DNA of 43,955 nucleotides from a virus: UHGV virus genome UHGV-0152227; one strand, 5' to 3'. Shown piece by piece: positions 41,686 to 43,955 of this stretch (position 1 is its first letter; each line of letters starts with the position of its first letter). The notes under the pieces were generated by a model. It saw only the letters and a program-made list of their open reading frames with translations, ran no database searches and was not told where the DNA came from. The position numbers and the translations under genes were made by a program.

Positions 41686-41723
41686 CCGCTTCATGGTGCT
41701 GAACACACCTTCGAAAGCGGAAA

Positions 41724-41751
41724 CCGCACCCGTCAGTCATGCGGCTTTTTT
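41724..41751 (+). terminator. Leader terminator/attenuator upstream of the antirepressor
   Basis: CCGCA-cccgtcagtca-TGCGG followed by CTTTTTT; ~150 nt upstream of the start codon. Confidence 0.5.
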
Positions 41752-41901
41752 ATGTCCATTTTTCAGATATGGTCGGGTAGCGCGTATACCGAAAAACAGC
41801 CGCAAGGCTAAGGATGCGGGCCGAACTTTCGACGGTGTTCAAGTACCTGACCGCCCTGCTGAACACAGGGTAATCTGAACGAATCGAAAGGACATAAAAC
41901 C

Positions 41902-42621
41902 ATGGCTACTCAAATTTCTGTTGAATCTCTTTCCCCAATTACCTATAACCACATCCCCGTCATCACTACCGAACTACTGGCGCGACTTTACAGCACTGAC
42001 ACTAATAACATCAAAGTGAACCATTCGCGCAATGCCGATCGCTTTGTTTGTGGAAAACACTTTTTCAAAGTTGTTGGCGATGAGCTGAAAAATTTACGGG
42101 TTACTTTAAGTAACTCACAAAATCCAGTATCCCCCAAAACTCGCTCCCTCATCCTCTGGACAGAACGCGGAGCAGCCCGCCATGCCAAAATGCTGGAAAC
42201 CGATCAGGCGTGGGAAGTGTTCGAAAAACTGGAAGACTGCTACTTCGACAGAAAACCCGCAAATCTCAGTGGAGATGTTCGTCTCTCAGGTGGAACTGAT
42301 TTATCTAAGGCCTCTCAGGTAATTGAAAAATTCATGCCCGCCATTATGGAGGCGATCAAGCTGGAAGACAAAAAAGAATACAGTGCCCCGCTGAAGCCCG
42401 GCTACCGCAGCCTGATTCATTCGCCGTCTGGTGTTCTCGGCCTGACGGAGAACTCACTGCTGATGAATCTGCTGAACCAGTTACAGGAAGACGGGCACGA
42501 CGTATCGGGTGCGGCGGCGGAGCTGACCACCATGTTCTGCTACATCGTCGGTGTGAGCAAATGTCTGCGTGATATCCAGACCCACGCGGAGTACATCAAC
42601 GACAAGGCAGGGTTCTTCTGA
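41902..42621 (+). CDS. Antirepressor, KilA-N/ORF6N domain with shared C-terminal module
   Basis: N-terminal pattern (ITTELLARLYSTDTNNIKVNHSRNADRFVCGKHFFKV...LWTERGAARHAKMLETDQAWEVFEKLEDCYF); C-terminus near-identical to the 8476 protein. Confidence 0.75.
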   Translation: MATQISVESLSPITYNHIPVITTELLARLYSTDTNNIKVNHSRNADRFVCGKHFFKVVGDELKNLRVTLSNSQNPVSPKTRSLILWTERGAARHAKMLETDQAWEVFEKLEDCYFDRKPANLSGDVRLSGGTDLSKASQVIEKFMPAIMEAIKLEDKKEYSAPLKPGYRSLIHSPSGVLGLTENSLLMNLLNQLQEDGHDVSGAAAELTTMFCYIVGVSKCLRDIQTHAEYINDKAGFF

Positions 42622-42646
42622 CAGAACAGCGGCACAGGGATGTGCC
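42379..42646 (+). repeat. Direct repeat copy B (~268 bp) of 8944-9210
   Basis: Near-identical by direct comparison, including the terminal GGCACAGGGATGTGCC palindrome. Confidence 0.9.
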
Positions 42647-42654
42647 GGGCAAAA

Positions 42655-43905
42655 TTATTCCCCCGCCATCCACTTCTCAAACTTCGACGGGGAGAACGGA
42701 ATCAGATCCGTATGCTCCCCGTTAATCCAGGAATCAATCATATCGGCCCACTGCTGCAACATGTAGGCGCGCTGTCTGGCGTATTCCGCTTTGTTATATA
42801 CGGCGCGCACACCTTTCTGCTCGTGTGCCAGAGCCTTTTCAATCCAGTCTGAAGGATAACCAGCCTCATGCAACAACGTACTGGCTGTACGGCGCATATC
42901 GTGTACGGTGAAGCCCTGAATATGCTCACCATCTTCATTTATTATTTTCACCGTTCTGTCGATCAGAGAGTTCAGCGCGGCATTAGATAATGGCTTCCGG
43001 AAATTGTAACGACCAGGAACCAGATATTCACTTCCACCAGCGCACATCTGCAACCCAACCAATATATCCTGTGCCTGTTTAGGCAGGTAAATAACGTGCG
43101 CCCGGCTTCCCTTCATGCGGTCTGAAGGAATTGTCCATGTCCATTTTTTAAAATCTATTTCATCCCACGTTGCATTGGTGAATTCGCCTTTACGAACCAT
43201 AGTGATAAGCACCAGCTTTAAAGCCATTTTCATAGTGCCCATAGCACCAATGGCATCCAGCGTGCGGAAGAACAGGCCAATTTCTTCTGGTGTCAGTGTT
43301 CGCTCTCGTGGTTTAAATATGGCGATAGACGAAGGTTTAATGTCAGCCGCAGGATTAAACAAACCATGACCACGGTCATTGGCGTGACGGTATACGCTGC
43401 TGATGATCTCCCTGGCCTGTACTGCTGTTGCCCGACCACCGCGTTCGACAATCCGGTCACACAAATCACGAACCATCGATGTGGTAATTTCAGCCATCAT
43501 TTTGTTGCCAAGAACCGGAAGTATGTCACGGTCGATCACCGCCTGCTTCATTGCGCGGGTACTGTCAGCCAGGATAACGTGTTTCATATAACTGTCGGTA
43601 TGTACCGCAAACGTCTCGGCACCACGAATATTTTTGATACCGTCACGTTTAGCCGCAGCCGGTGACTGGCCTGCTTTAAGCAGCTTCTTTGCAGCAATCA
43701 GTTCTTCCCGCGCTTCTGCCAGGCTGATACCGTCACGCCCATACTGCCCGATTACCAGTGTTTCTCGGCGACCGTTGATACGGTAGTCATAGCGAAACGA
43801 GACCGTGCCTGACGTAAGCACAGCTACATACAGCCCGTCACGATCGGAGACCTTGTACAGTTTGTCCTGCGGCTTGAGGTTTTTTAATTTTGTATCGGTA
43901 AGCAC
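42655..43905 (-). CDS. Tyrosine integrase, P4-type (DUF4102-like N-terminal arm-binding domain)
   Basis: 416 aa; N-terminus MLTDTKLKNLKP...LYVAVLTSGTVSFRYDYRINGRR; C-terminal catalytic region with HxxR and terminal Y; GTG start. Confidence 0.85.
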   Translation of the reverse strand: MLTDTKLKNLKPQDKLYKVSDRDGLYVAVLTSGTVSFRYDYRINGRRETLVIGQYGRDGISLAEAREELIAAKKLLKAGQSPAAAKRDGIKNIRGAETFAVHTDSYMKHVILADSTRAMKQAVIDRDILPVLGNKMMAEITTSMVRDLCDRIVERGGRATAVQAREIISSVYRHANDRGHGLFNPAADIKPSSIAIFKPRERTLTPEEIGLFFRTLDAIGAMGTMKMALKLVLITMVRKGEFTNATWDEIDFKKWTWTIPSDRMKGSRAHVIYLPKQAQDILVGLQMCAGGSEYLVPGRYNFRKPLSNAALNSLIDRTVKIINEDGEHIQGFTVHDMRRTASTLLHEAGYPSDWIEKALAHEQKGVRAVYNKAEYARQRAYMLQQWADMIDSWINGEHTDLIPFSPSKFEKWMAGE

Positions 43906-43955
43906 AATTCACCCGTATAGAAACCATTTTCATGACGGTATGAGAGTATACCTTT

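Larger units (their letters stand above)
1855..43955. mobile_element. Temperate podovirus-type prophage; right end and attR lie outside the window
   Basis: Contiguous lysis, tail, head, packaging, replication, immunity, recombination and integrase modules; integrase 5' end 50 bp from window edge; exact attL not identified. Confidence 0.8.

Noticed and set aside
1-43955. CRISPR arrays, insertion sequences, rRNA genes
   Set aside because: No regularly spaced short repeats with unique spacers, no transposase ORFs with terminal inverted repeats, and no rRNA-like sequence seen on either strand

Overview
The window is almost entirely one temperate podovirus-type prophage (about 1.86 kb to beyond the right edge at 43955), next to two host-like envelope genes at the left end (725-1783). 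Read on the minus strand it runs from a Cro-like regulator through lambda-like replication genes (DnaT-domain O-like, lambda P-like), an Ead/Ea22 paralogue array and nin-like small genes into small and large terminase, portal, scaffold, major capsid, T7-like tail tubular proteins (gp11/gp12-like), large internal virion proteins (one with a lytic transglycosylase domain), a depolymerase-type tailspike and a lysis cassette (membrane protein, holin, GH19 endolysin, embedded Rz/Rz1). On the plus strand an early-left operon carries a tandem-HTH repressor, a RecE-like exonuclease with RecT, an AlpA-like regulator, a PerC-like regulator, an MT-A70 adenine methyltransferase and a KilA-N antirepressor, ending at a P4-type integrase. 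The most interesting signals are: (1) a hexapeptide-repeat acetyltransferase beside the tailspike with an 8-nt tandem repeat in its 3' end, analogous to phase-variable NeuO; (2) three antirepressor genes sharing one C-terminal module, the smallest behind a near-consensus LexA box, alongside a repressor with no autopeptidase domain; (3) a dispersed operator-like palindrome TTACC-N5-GGTAA at ten or more promoter sites; (4) a perfect 12-bp palindrome GTGACATGTCAC three times at operon boundaries; (5) a tRNA-Arg(UCU) moron island between terminase and portal; (6) a two-gene toxin-antitoxin-like cassette. All functional calls rest on motif recognition from the translated sequence and recalled family signatures; no database search was run.
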